Shown: positions 10,712 through 20,334 of the stretch, piece after piece
Layout: each line of letters opens with the position of its first letter
How positions within the stretch are numbered: the stretch's first letter is position 1
Assembly (NCBI GenBank): GCA_965261545.1
Contig: CBDHDF010000002.1
Coordinates: 736,001 to 800,000 of the forward strand
DNA: 64,000 nt
Origin: Bdellovibrionales bacterium
Lineage (GTDB): Bacteria > Bdellovibrionota > Bdellovibrionia > Bdellovibrionales > UBA1609
Reading direction: 5' to 3'
Made by a program: the position numbers and the translations under genes
Notes under the pieces: generated by a model
Database searches by the model: none
What the model was told of the DNA's origin: nothing
The model's input: the letters and a program-made list of their open reading frames with translations, nothing else

Positions 10712-11365
10712 TCATTGAAAAAAAGCCAAACCATTGTCGCCACCCATCCATGGAAAGAGAGCTCTCTCTGGGTGAGGCATCAGTCCTGCAACATTTTTTT
10801 TCTCGTTCATAACACCTGCGATATGGGAGATAGAGCCGTTAGGGTTGTTTTCATAGGTCCACCAGATTTGTTCTCGATCTTCCATCTCCTTGAGTTTGTC
10901 AGGTTCTACATAAAAGCGTCCTTCACCATGGGCGATGGGAAGTTTAACCTTTGGAGAGGAGCCATTCCAAAAAGGGCATTTATGGGATAATTTCAAGTCC
11001 ACCCACTGGTCGATAAAGCGTTCTTCTCTATTGGCTATTAAGGCTCCCGGCAAAAGGCCCCCATCGCATAGAATCTGAAAGCCATTGCAAATGCCAAGTA
11101 TGGGAATCCCTCTTTTTGCAGCCTCCCTCACTGTTTTCATCACGGGAGTGCGAGTGGCGAGGGCTCCACATCGTAGATAATCCCCGTAACTAAAGCCGCC
11201 GGGGATGATAATGGCATTCAGGGACTTTGTGTCATACTGGTCTTGATACCACATCCATTGGGGAGATTGGCCCACAGCTTCTATCGCTTGCCACACATCT
11301 CGGTCGCAGTTTGTTCCCAAAAACCGAATGATTCCAACTTTGTGGGAGATATTCTTGTGAGACAT
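10712..11365 (-). CDS. purQ: FGAM synthase glutaminase subunit PurQ
   Basis: PGGFSYGDYLR, GICNGFQIL, AHGEG and MPHPER. Confidence 0.97.
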   Translation of the reverse strand: MSHKNISHKVGIIRFLGTNCDRDVWQAIEAVGQSPQWMWYQDQYDTKSLNAIIIPGGFSYGDYLRCGALATRTPVMKTVREAAKRGIPILGICNGFQILCDGGLLPGALIANREERFIDQWVDLKLSHKCPFWNGSSPKVKLPIAHGEGRFYVEPDKLKEMEDREQIWWTYENNPNGSISHIAGVMNEKKNVAGLMPHPERALFPWMGGDNGLAFFQ

Positions 11366-11485
11366 ATTTAAGTAGGTCCATGGAGAAGCTCAAGTGGATT
11401 CATGGGGTCAACAACGGGATGAACTTGATAAAGATAAAGTAAGTCCATAGGGTACACAAGTAGGATAACTATTGGATCAACTGGA

Positions 11486-11743
11486 TCAACAAGGTTCATT
11501 GGATTCATGGAGAAGCTCCAATTCATAGGACTCAATCAAAGGGTTATAGAGAGTGGATTCAGTCACTTTCCTTGCCTTTTGGAGGGCCTCTTGAGGCTCG
11601 CAGGTTTCTATATTTAACTCAATGTATTTACCCATGCGACACCCCGCAAGAGTTTGTCCATTTTGCTCAAGGCTTTTCTGAATCGTTCGTCCTTGGGTAT
11701 CCAAAATTTCATTGCGAGGAAGAATTTTAACTCCGACTTTCAT
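11486..11743 (-). CDS. purS: FGAM synthase subunit PurS
   Basis: 85 aa with ILDTQG, R-GK and L-NP-IESY; lies upstream of purQ. Confidence 0.9.
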   Translation of the reverse strand: MKVGVKILPRNEILDTQGRTIQKSLEQNGQTLAGCRMGKYIELNIETCEPQEALQKARKVTESTLYNPLIESYELELLHESNEPC

Positions 11744-11890
11744 CCCTTAGGCTCTATTTGGCTTCTCGAAAAGACTCAAGGGTTAATGCGTCGCAAAGTG
11801 CCCGTTTGCCCATGTCCAATGTAGTGTAAATGATAGTGTAAAGGAAAGATTCGCTTGTTGAGAAACTCAAGGGAGAGGGGCATACCACCG

Positions 11891-12370
11891 ATGCTACCGA
11901 TGTTTAAGTACTGGCTTATGAAATCAGAACCACAAACCTATTCCATTGATGACTTCAAAAGGGATAAAACCACTTTGTGGGATGGAATACGTAACTATCA
12001 AGCTAGAAATTTTATGATCCATGATATGAGCCTTGGCGATCATGTTTTGTTTTACCACTCCAATGCCTCTCCCCCAGGAGTGATTGGTTTGGCTATAGTC
12101 AGTGGACTTGCCCAACCTGACCCCACGGCCAGGGACAAGAATTCAAAGTACTTTGACCCCAAAGCCACAGATGAAAAACCCATCTGGCAATGTGTGGAGC
12201 TTAAGTTTACAGGAAAATTTAAGAGACTTGTCTCTTTGAATGAAATTCGAGAACAAAAAAAGCTTCAGAATATGATTCTTATTCAGCGTAGTCGCCTCTC
12301 TGTCCAACCTGTGACAAAGGAAGAATTTGAATGCATTTGTCATATGGCAGGGGAGTCGAGAAGCATATGA
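11891..12370 (+). CDS. EVE domain protein
   Basis: YWLMKSEP, WDGIRNYQARNF, FYHSN and SRLSVQPV. Start is uncertain (11855, 11891 or 11900). Confidence 0.9.
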   Translation: MLPMFKYWLMKSEPQTYSIDDFKRDKTTLWDGIRNYQARNFMIHDMSLGDHVLFYHSNASPPGVIGLAIVSGLAQPDPTARDKNSKYFDPKATDEKPIWQCVELKFTGKFKRLVSLNEIREQKKLQNMILIQRSRLSVQPVTKEEFECICHMAGESRSI

Positions 12371-12569
12371 CTTTCAGCCAGAACTCACCCATGGTTTTAT
12401 CGATGCAACTAGCTTAATGGCCAGATTTGTATTTCCTATTTTTTTAGTATTAATAAATATTATAAATGTGTTATATAAATTAATACTATATGAATCATAA
12501 ATCACCATTGAAGTGGGATTTTTTCATCTCATCACAATTATGACAAAGATATTGCAAGGAGGCATTATT

Positions 12570-12992
12570 ATGAGTGTATTTATTCATCTTATGACAACTT
12601 TTATTATAGTTTTTCTTATGAATTTGGGGCTTCTATCAACCATGGCCTTGGCCCATGATGAACCCAATACAGATAGTTGGGGATATATTCGCATTGATAA
12701 TAAATCAAACTTTCCAATTTATACAAAGTGTTATAACCAGCATGGTAAGGGTGGAAAGTGGAGAATGACTTGGGATGATCACTTTAGAAGCTGCCATGGT
12801 GCTTATATGAGAATAGACCTCTATGTTTATAGTAGCGATACAGATACCACGGCCGAGAAAAGAACCATTCGTGTTTGGCGCAATAGCCTTAAATGTGGGG
12901 ACAGAGGTCTTTACTTGAAGATGCGTGGCCGCGCTCGTGAGAGTATAGGTGGTAGAAAGAAACCTTATTACGTCGAGAGTGTTTGTCGATAG
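12570..12992 (+). CDS. Hypothetical small secreted protein (4 Cys)
   Basis: GGAGG RBS; hydrophobic N-terminus ending ALA-H; no family recognised. Confidence 0.6.
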   Translation: MSVFIHLMTTFIIVFLMNLGLLSTMALAHDEPNTDSWGYIRIDNKSNFPIYTKCYNQHGKGGKWRMTWDDHFRSCHGAYMRIDLYVYSSDTDTTAEKRTIRVWRNSLKCGDRGLYLKMRGRARESIGGRKKPYYVESVCR

Positions 12993-13574
12993 TTGTATTC
13001 ATTTATTAAATATTTCTTCTATACTCGCCCCCCACTTCGTAGAGAGCTTGGGACATTTGGTAGAGGCTGCAATGGCGAGAGGCAGACATCAGGGCGGCAA
13101 AGATATTTTCTCCGCAGAGGGCCGCCTTCTTAAGTTGAATGATTTCTTTTTGAGCTTGTTCTTGGTGTTTCTTTTTGTAGTGAATCACTCGGTTCAGTTG
13201 CATTTTTTTTTCTTCATCTGTGGCACGAGTCATTTCAATTTTTGAAGGTATATAGCCAGATTCCATGGTCTTGGGATCGATGAATGTATTCACACCCACA
13301 ATGGGCCACTGTCCACTGTGTTTGAGGGATTCGTAGTGGCGGGACTCTTCTTGAATTTTACCCCTTTGGTATTGAGTTTCCATGGCCCCAAGAACACCCC
13401 CTCTTTCATTGAGCCTTAAAAACTCCTCCAAGACCTCCTCTTCCACACGGTCTGTGAGCCACTCAACAAAGTAACTGCCTTGGCTGGGGCTTTCATTTTT
13501 GGCCAAGCCTAGCTCCTTATTAATAATCATTTGAATTGCTTGCGCCCGTCGCACAGATTCTTCGGTGGGTGTGG
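12882..13574. repeat. 693-bp direct repeat, copy 1
   Basis: Matches 14727..15420 apart from 4 substitutions and one 1-bp indel seen by eye. Confidence 0.95.
13006..13574 (-). pseudogene. Duplicated 3' fragment of icmF
   Basis: Encodes [14 protein letters not shown]...GGEYRRNI, which matches the icmF C-terminus apart from 3 aa; the 5' part is missing. Confidence 0.9.
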
Positions 13575-13679
13575 GGGTGGGGAACCTCTAGATTCTGTGC
13601 GTCATCCTGCGAAATAGGCCTGACAACTGCGGACTCTCAAGCACAACAGGGGTTGTCGTGTATTATAAATAATTTTTTA

Positions 13680-14132
13680 TCAGGCTGCTTTCAGCTCTGA
13701 AAAATTAATTTTAATTTTTTGACACTTCTTTGGCATAATTGTTTGTAAATCCTTATAGGCTTGATGAAAAAATTTGGGCTTAATGCTATTAACAATTTCC
13801 AATCGAATATCTTTTTCAATTGCCCATCCCATTTTTGTAATGTCATCGCCACATTTTTCCCATTTTATAACAGCAGAATGAGCAACATCTCCAAACCGGC
13901 TACCAAATTTTTTCAAATCCATTTCAAAATGGTTTCTTACAAACTTTATCTCATTACCAGATAAACGCCCCGACTTCATGGCCAAAGCTAAAAGAACAGC
14001 TCTTTCATATTTTTCAAAGTTAATATCTAATACCCATTCACCACGAATTTTCTTAAAAGGAGCATTAATAATTTGAATAGGAAGTCCAAATCCATAATCA
14101 ATATAAGATTTTTGAATTTTTTTATTCTTCAT
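13680..14132 (-). CDS. HTH (MqsA/HigA-like) antitoxin / transcriptional regulator
   Basis: LSGNEIKFVRNHFEMDLKKFG...VAHSAVIKWE is a Cro-like HTH; directly downstream of a DUF4258 gene; AT-rich. Confidence 0.7.
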   Translation of the reverse strand: MKNKKIQKSYIDYGFGLPIQIINAPFKKIRGEWVLDINFEKYERAVLLALAMKSGRLSGNEIKFVRNHFEMDLKKFGSRFGDVAHSAVIKWEKCGDDITKMGWAIEKDIRLEIVNSIKPKFFHQAYKDLQTIMPKKCQKIKINFSELKAA

Positions 14133-14141
14133 TTCTCACCT

Positions 14142-14447
14142 CTATTTGTTTAAATCAATTATTGTAATAATTAGCATATTGCTTGAATCAAAACTAACAA
14201 TTACTCGTAAAAATCTTTTATCAATAGTTGTTCCTTTAATTGAATAATTCCAAGAATTATACTCCTCTATAAATTCATCTTTTCGTTTTTCATGATATCC
14301 ATTTCGCAATACTTGCCTAACCTCCTGACGGGTAACGGCCCTTTCCTGCAAGCGTTGGTGAGCATGGCCTGTATAAAGATACTTCCCCTTTTGTAAACAT
14401 TTCTCAACTTCAGTTAGAAGGTCTTTAATTTTTAATACTCGCCTCAC
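14142..14447 (-). CDS. DUF4258-family (RelE-like) putative toxin
   Basis: 101 aa with YTGHAHQRLQER, Y-I-G-T and LRVIVSF...IITII, as in DUF4258. Confidence 0.75.
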   Translation of the reverse strand: MRRVLKIKDLLTEVEKCLQKGKYLYTGHAHQRLQERAVTRQEVRQVLRNGYHEKRKDEFIEEYNSWNYSIKGTTIDKRFLRVIVSFDSSNMLIITIIDLNK

Positions 14448-14453
14448 TTAACA

Positions 14454-14482
14454 AATGTAACTGAGTTACAACTCCTTGTCAA
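14454..14482 (-). promoter_or_regulatory. Sigma-70 promoter with overlapping palindromic operator of the TA pair
   Basis: Minus strand reads TTGACA-N17-TACATT, 6 nt before the GTG start. A perfect inverted repeat TGTAAC-TGA-GTTACA lies at 14456..14470. Confidence 0.75.
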
Positions 14483-14492
14483 GATTTTTTTT

Positions 14493-14515
14493 AAAACGGC
14501 CGCACTTACGGCCGT
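14493..14515 (-). terminator. GC hairpin with T-tract upstream of the TA promoter
   Basis: ACGGCCG-N6-CGGCCGT followed by TTT on the minus strand. Confidence 0.45.
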
Positions 14516-14564
14516 CTCAGAGGAGCAAAAGAGTAATAAAATTTTGAATTCTAGCCTCGCCATC

Positions 14565-14726
14565 CTATCCTGTCCACGCCATTGTGTCAGTCTCACGAAT
14601 GGCGTCAAGTGCGACTCTGGCCTTAAATTGTGCGCTGTGTTTCTTTCTCATTATCCCCTCCTATGAGGGGCTTTTTACCCGCTGCGGTGTAACTTAGCAA
14701 CCAGTCTGTTTTTGGGGTCCACTATA
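14565..14726 (-). mobile_element. IS3-family remnant: left end plus first 28 codons of orfA
   Basis: The minus-strand end reads TATAGTGGACCCCAAAA, followed by an AGGAGGGG RBS and ORF 14651..14565 MRKKHSAQFKARVALDAIRETDTMA (IS3 OrfA HTH start), then truncation. Confidence 0.8.
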
Positions 14727-15420
14727 AATAGCCTTAAATGTGGGGACAGAGGTCTTTACTTGAAGATGCGTGGCCGCGCTCGTGAGAGTATAGGTGGTAG
14801 AAAGAAACCTTATTACGTCGAGAGTGTTTGTCGATAGTTGTATTCGTTTATTAAATATTTCTTCTATACTCGCCCCCCACTTCGTAGAGAGCTTGGGACA
14901 TTTGGTAGAGGCTGCAATGGCGAGAGGCAGACATCAGGGCGGCAAAGATATTTTCTCCGCAGAGGGCCGCCTTCTTAAGTTGAATGATTTCTTTTTGAGC
15001 TTGTTCTTGGTGTTTCTTTTTGTAGTGAATCACTCGGTTCAGTTGCATTTTTTTTTCTTCATCTGTGGCACGAGCCATTTCAATTTTTGAAGGTATATAG
15101 CCAGATTCCATGGTCTTGGGATCGATGAATGTATTCACACCCACAATGGGCCACTGTCCACTGTGTTTGAGGGATTCGTAGTGGTGGGACTCTTCTTGAA
15201 TTTTACCCCTTTGGTATTGAGTTTCCATGGCCCCAAGAACACCCCCTCTTTCATTGAGCCTTAAAAACTCCTCCAAGACCTCCTCTTCCACACGGTCTGT
15301 GAGCCACTCAACAAAGTAACTGCCTTGGCTGGGGTTTTCATTTTTGGCCAAGCCTAGCTCCTTATTAATAATCATTTGAATTGCTTGCGCCTCGTCGCAC
15401 AGATTCTTCGGTGGGTGTGG
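14727..15420. repeat. 694-bp direct repeat, copy 2 (contains the contiguous icmF 3' end)
   Basis: Matches 12882..13574 with an extra T at 15392. Confidence 0.95.
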
Positions 15421-18208
15421 TGATGGCTTCATCGTAGGCATTGGTATGAAGGGAGTTGCAATTATCGTTGATGGCCATGAGGGCCTGAAGGGTGGTACGG
15501 ATATCATTGAAGGCGATTTCTTGGGCGTGGAGGCTGCGACCACTGGTTTGAATATGATACTTAAACTTTTGGGAGCGGCTATTGGCTCCATAGAGTTTTG
15601 CCATGGCAATGGCCCATATACGGCGAGCCACCCGACCAATAACGGTATACTCGGGATCGAGGCCGTTGCTAAAAAAGAAAGAGAGGTGAGGAGCAAAGTC
15701 GTCAATGTCCAGGCCACAACTGAGGTAGTATTCCACGAAAGTAAAGGCATTGCTGAGGGTAAAAGCCAGTTGAGTGATGGGATTGGCCCCCGCTTCAGCA
15801 ATGTGGTAGCCCGAAATGCTGACAGAATAAAAATTCTTGATCTTGTGATTCACAAAGAATTTTTGCACATCTCCCATCATTTTCAAGGCAAAGTCGGTGG
15901 AAAAGATACAGGTGTTTTGTCCTTGATCTTCTTTGAGAATATCGGCTTGCACGGTGCCGCGAACTGTTCTCAATGTCCAGGCCGTGATTTCTTCTTTTTC
16001 CTCCAAGGTGAGGGAGCGTTTCCATTCAGTTTCTTTCTTTTTTAGTTGCTGGTCGATGGCTGTATTCATAAAAAAGGCTAAGACCATGGGTGCGGGGCCA
16101 TTGATGGTCATACTCACCGAGGTTTTGGGGTGGCAAAGGTCAAAACCCTCATAGAGCTTTTTCATATCGTCCAAGGTGGCAATGCTGACACCACTTTCTC
16201 CGATTTTTCCGTAGATGTCGGGTCGGGGGTCTGGGTCTTGGCCATAAAGGGTGATGCTATCAAAGGCCGTGGATAACCTTTTGACCTCGCTGTCTTTGGA
16301 GAGAAAGTGAAAGCGTCGATTGGTTCTTTCAGGGGGGCCCTCTCCGGCAAATTGACGAAGAGGATCTTCGCCCTGTCTTTTGAGAGGGAATACGCCCGCT
16401 GTGTAGGGAAAACAACCTGGGACATTTTCCATTCGCAAATATTTAAGTCGATCTCCCCAATCGGTCAGTTTGGGAACCACCACTCGTGGGATATCAATAC
16501 CTGCAAGGCTTTTGCGGGTGAGTTTTTGTTGAATCTCTTTTCCTCGAACGCGGTAGCTAAATGTTTCTCCTTGGTAGGAGTTGTACAAAGAGTCAAAGTT
16601 TTCTAGGGCGAGCCACTCTTTGCTTGGAAATTTTTTTTTGTACTCTTCCTTGAGTGTTTTTAGTTGTGTCATCAGTGCTATAGCTTCGATTTCTATGGTT
16701 CCTATGATCTTTTCTATAGCTCCTATTTGGGAGGCTTTTTGGCACAACTCCTGAGTTTTTTGTTTGTAGGATCGAATGGCTTGGACAATTTCAGCTAGAT
16801 AGTTCATACGCTCACTGGGAACTACCTTTTGCTTGTCGACTCCCTGGCTTTTTCGCTCCACCCGAAAGGAGCTTTGACGAGAGGTCAGCTGATCCGTGAG
16901 GTTGTAAAAAAGCTGGTTGACTCCTCGATCGTTAAAGTTAGAGGCTTGGGTGAGAAAGACGGGAATTTGATGGCTTTGCTGGGAAGGGGGATCGAATAAT
17001 TTGCGAGATCGTTTGTATTGCTTGATGACATCCCTGTGAGCATCCTGGGAGCCCCGGTGGTCGGCCTTGTTGATGGCAATTAAGTGGGCAAAGTCAATCA
17101 TGTCAATCTTTTCAAGTTGGCTTTGGGAACCAAATTCAGATGTCATCACATAGAGACTGAGATCACTGACCTCTGTAATGGCGGAGTGGGCCTGTCCAAT
17201 GCCTGAAGATTCAACAATGATGAGATCAAAATCAAGTTTTTGGCAGAGATTGAGCATAGTGGGGAGAGATGGAGCGACTTCCGTAGATGAGCCCCGGGAG
17301 GCCACGGACCTCATGAATACGCCCCCTCGGCTTAGGGAATTCATGCGAATACGATCTCCTAGGAGAGCCCCCCCTGTTTTTTTCTTTGAGGGGTCCACAC
17401 ATATAACGGCGATCTTGATGCCAGGATAATGATTTAAAAATCTTTGAAGAAGCTCATCCACAAGGCTGGATTTACCAGCCCCCCCCGTGCCTGTGATACC
17501 GAGAATAGGGGGGGGATTCCCCTGGCGCAAAAAGGAGATCAGTCCATACTGTTCACAAAAATTTCTTTTCTTAGGTTTTTCTCTAGGAAGATTTTTTTCA
17601 TCCAAGGTTTCCTTATCGAAGGCTCCCTTTGGACTTGAGGAGCTTGTGGTTTGTAATTCCAGGGAAGTCAGGGCCAGTCCAAGGGGACGATGGGGTATGT
17701 TGTCATGGGTCCAGGGGAGTATTGCAGAGTGTTCTTGGGAAGCGATATGAGGAGCGGCATGATCGACACTGTTGTTGATGATGTTAAAGTCACAGCCCCT
17801 TAGAATAACCTCAATCATTCCTTCGAGGCCCAGCTTTCTTCCGTCATCGGGATGGAAGATTTGGTCGATGCCATAGGCTTCCAGTTCTCGTTTCTCTTCG
17901 TGGATAATAACGCCGCCTCCTCCACCATATGTTTTAACGTCATCGGCGCCAGCCTCTCTCAGGAGATCTTTCATGTACTTGAAGTACTCCATGTGTCCGC
18001 CTTGGTAGGAACTGACAGCGATTCCCTGGGTCCCCTCTTGAAGAGCGGCTTTGACCACATCCACCACAGAGCGATTGTGTCCCAGGTGAACGACCTCCGC
18101 TCCCATGTCTTGGAGAACTCGTCGCATAATATTGATACTTGCATCATGGCCGTCAAAAAGGGATGTGGCTGTGACAATTTTAATGGGGTGTTGGGGGTGG
18201 TAAATCAT
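14851..18208 (-). pseudogene. icmF: Fused isobutyryl-CoA mutase/MeaB GTPase IcmF, frameshifted at 15392 (real or sequencing error)
   Basis: B12-binding [13 protein letters not shown], GTPase GTGGAGKSS, and mutase [23 protein letters not shown]. The frame breaks at EESVRR and continues in ORF 14851..15801. Confidence 0.9.
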
Positions 18209-18342
18209 AAAAATCCTCTTGACCTCACCATCGGGGATATGGTTAGGTTCGTCAAGCGAACTCTTAATTTTGGTTTTAAAATTTGACTTTCTTGAATATA
18301 GCTTGTAGGTTTGTGTGAAACTTAATGAGATGAAGTGATTGT

Positions 18343-18419
<77 letters not shown>

Positions 18420-18460
18420 TTATCAGAGGCTTCTTCACGGGTGATGGAAGGAGAAAATGA

Positions 18461-18931
18461 ATGAAAGCAGCAGTAAAAATCGCAACTATTTTTTTGATAT
18501 TTCTCATTGCCCTAGAAGTATCTGCGAGAATGAGGCCCCTTCGTACGGTTGAAGATACTCGTGTCAACGCCCCGGCGGCTAAGCAAATGAGAGTGGCAAG
18601 AGAGAGTTCTCAGATGTTTGCAACAAGAGACGGCTTATCTACTGACTTATTTACGGTTCAACGCGGGGAAGCCCTTCGCTTTCTTTCAAGAATTGAAGGC
18701 TCTCCATCTTCCGCCAAACCTTTGGCGGAGAACCTCAAGAGGATGCTGACTGACAACAATGGCAGAGCACTTATGGAATCGAGGTTAGGTCATGGTCAAA
18801 AGATATTTCTAATAAATCTTGTGTTGGCTGTCAAAACGAAGTCAAATCCCGTAACCCGTGGGCAGGTTCTTCGACAAATTCTCGTAGATCGTGGAGTTGA
18901 CCCCCATCAAGCAAAAGAGTGTAAAATTTAA
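18461..18931 (+). CDS. Hypothetical exported protein
   Basis: AAGGAG RBS and an N-terminal signal peptide. Confidence 0.6.
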   Translation: MKAAVKIATIFLIFLIALEVSARMRPLRTVEDTRVNAPAAKQMRVARESSQMFATRDGLSTDLFTVQRGEALRFLSRIEGSPSSAKPLAENLKRMLTDNNGRALMESRLGHGQKIFLINLVLAVKTKSNPVTRGQVLRQILVDRGVDPHQAKECKI

Positions 18932-20267
18932 AACTTTTACGAACTGTTTTTCCATAGCCGCTTTCTCCGCCTTCTTATGGATAGGTTGTGCGAGAAGTCC
19001 ACTGCGCAACTCCTCCCAGGCAATGCGACCCTTGGGTCTTTTCTCTGCTCCCACCTCTTTTAAAGATGATCTCAACTTAGAGCTTATGTCTAAGGCTTTG
19101 ACCACCAATATAAAGCAACTTCGATCCTCTCACATTTCCCATTTGCAATTTGGTTCTACTTTCGTAGATAAAGAAGACTATATTTTGGCCCTTGAGGCTT
19201 TGGGTAAGTCCCTGGCTCTATTGCCTTCTGGCGATCACTTTGGTGATGACTTTTATGAAATCATTGAAAAAAACTTTCAGTTTCACGAGATTTATGGACA
19301 AAAAAAGTGGGGTGAGGTTTTCATGACAGCCTACTACGAGCCCGTGATTGAGGGCTCTTATTCAAAGACGAGAAGGTTTTCCCAAGCTCTTTATGGAGTT
19401 CCTAAGGATATGGTACTTGTTCGAGTGGATGAGTTTCGTCGTCAATTTCCAAAGCTTTTTCTAGTTCATCAAAAGAGCTCTAAGAAAAATAAGAAAAATA
19501 AAAGGAACTTCTTGGGGCGCCTCGTATCTCGATCACAGGGAATGCCTGAGGTGCATCCTTTTTACGACCGAAAGAGCATTGATGGTGGCAAAGGAGAAGC
19601 TCTCGATGCTCCTGTGTTGGCTTGGGTTGAGCCCATTGAAGCTTTTTTCTTACAAATTCAAGGTTCAGGCACGGTGCGCTTTCAAGATGGGGAAGAAAAG
19701 CTCTTGGGCTATGCAGGACAGAATGGTCATCCCTATGTGGCGATTGGCAAATATCTTCTTGATGTGATTCCCATTGAGGACATGAGTTTGCAAGCGATTA
19801 AAAAACACTTAAGATCTCTTCCCAAGGATGAAGTTCAAGCTTTGTTTTATAAAAATCCTAGCTATGTTTTCTTTCAAGAGCGGGTGGGCGGCCCTGTGGG
19901 TTCTTTTGGAGCCGAGGTCATACCTGGAAGAACGGTGGCCACGGATGACAGTTTATTTCCCAAGGGGGCCTTGGCCTTTTTGGAGTTTGAAAAGCCTATT
20001 TTTGAGACTCCCCAAAGTCTTCGACCACGCTCGTGGGCAAAGGTCACACGATTTGTTTTTGACCAAGACACAGGGGGGGCCATACGGGGACCTCACCGAT
20101 TGGATTTATTTTGGGGGAGAGGACCTGCGGCGGGTCAGGCGGCAGGAGTTATACGTCGCTGGGGAAGGTTTTATTACTTGACCCCTAAGCCGGAGTTCCT
20201 TAAAAAACTTAAGGAGTTAAAGAAACCCACTTCCAAAGTCAATATTAAGAATAAAACTTACAGATAG
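18891..20267 (+). CDS. mltA: Membrane-bound lytic murein transglycosylase A
   Basis: TAYYEP, FFLQIQGSG, NPSYVFF and DTGGAIRG..RLDLFWG; lipoprotein Cys. Confidence 0.93.
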   Translation: MELTPIKQKSVKFKTFTNCFSIAAFSAFLWIGCARSPLRNSSQAMRPLGLFSAPTSFKDDLNLELMSKALTTNIKQLRSSHISHLQFGSTFVDKEDYILALEALGKSLALLPSGDHFGDDFYEIIEKNFQFHEIYGQKKWGEVFMTAYYEPVIEGSYSKTRRFSQALYGVPKDMVLVRVDEFRRQFPKLFLVHQKSSKKNKKNKRNFLGRLVSRSQGMPEVHPFYDRKSIDGGKGEALDAPVLAWVEPIEAFFLQIQGSGTVRFQDGEEKLLGYAGQNGHPYVAIGKYLLDVIPIEDMSLQAIKKHLRSLPKDEVQALFYKNPSYVFFQERVGGPVGSFGAEVIPGRTVATDDSLFPKGALAFLEFEKPIFETPQSLRPRSWAKVTRFVFDQDTGGAIRGPHRLDLFWGRGPAAGQAAGVIRRWGRFYYLTPKPEFLKKLKELKKPTSKVNIKNKTYR

Positions 20268-20334
20268 CTGCTAAGATAAAGAGAGTCTAAGAGAGCAAGG
20301 TGAGCCACAGGGGTTAAGGTAAGGTGGGAGTCAT

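Noticed and set aside
12882..15420. The 693-bp repeat pair as a DGR template/variable repeat
   Set aside because: It is too long, has only four transitions in mixed directions, duplicates metabolic gene ends, and there is no reverse transcriptase.
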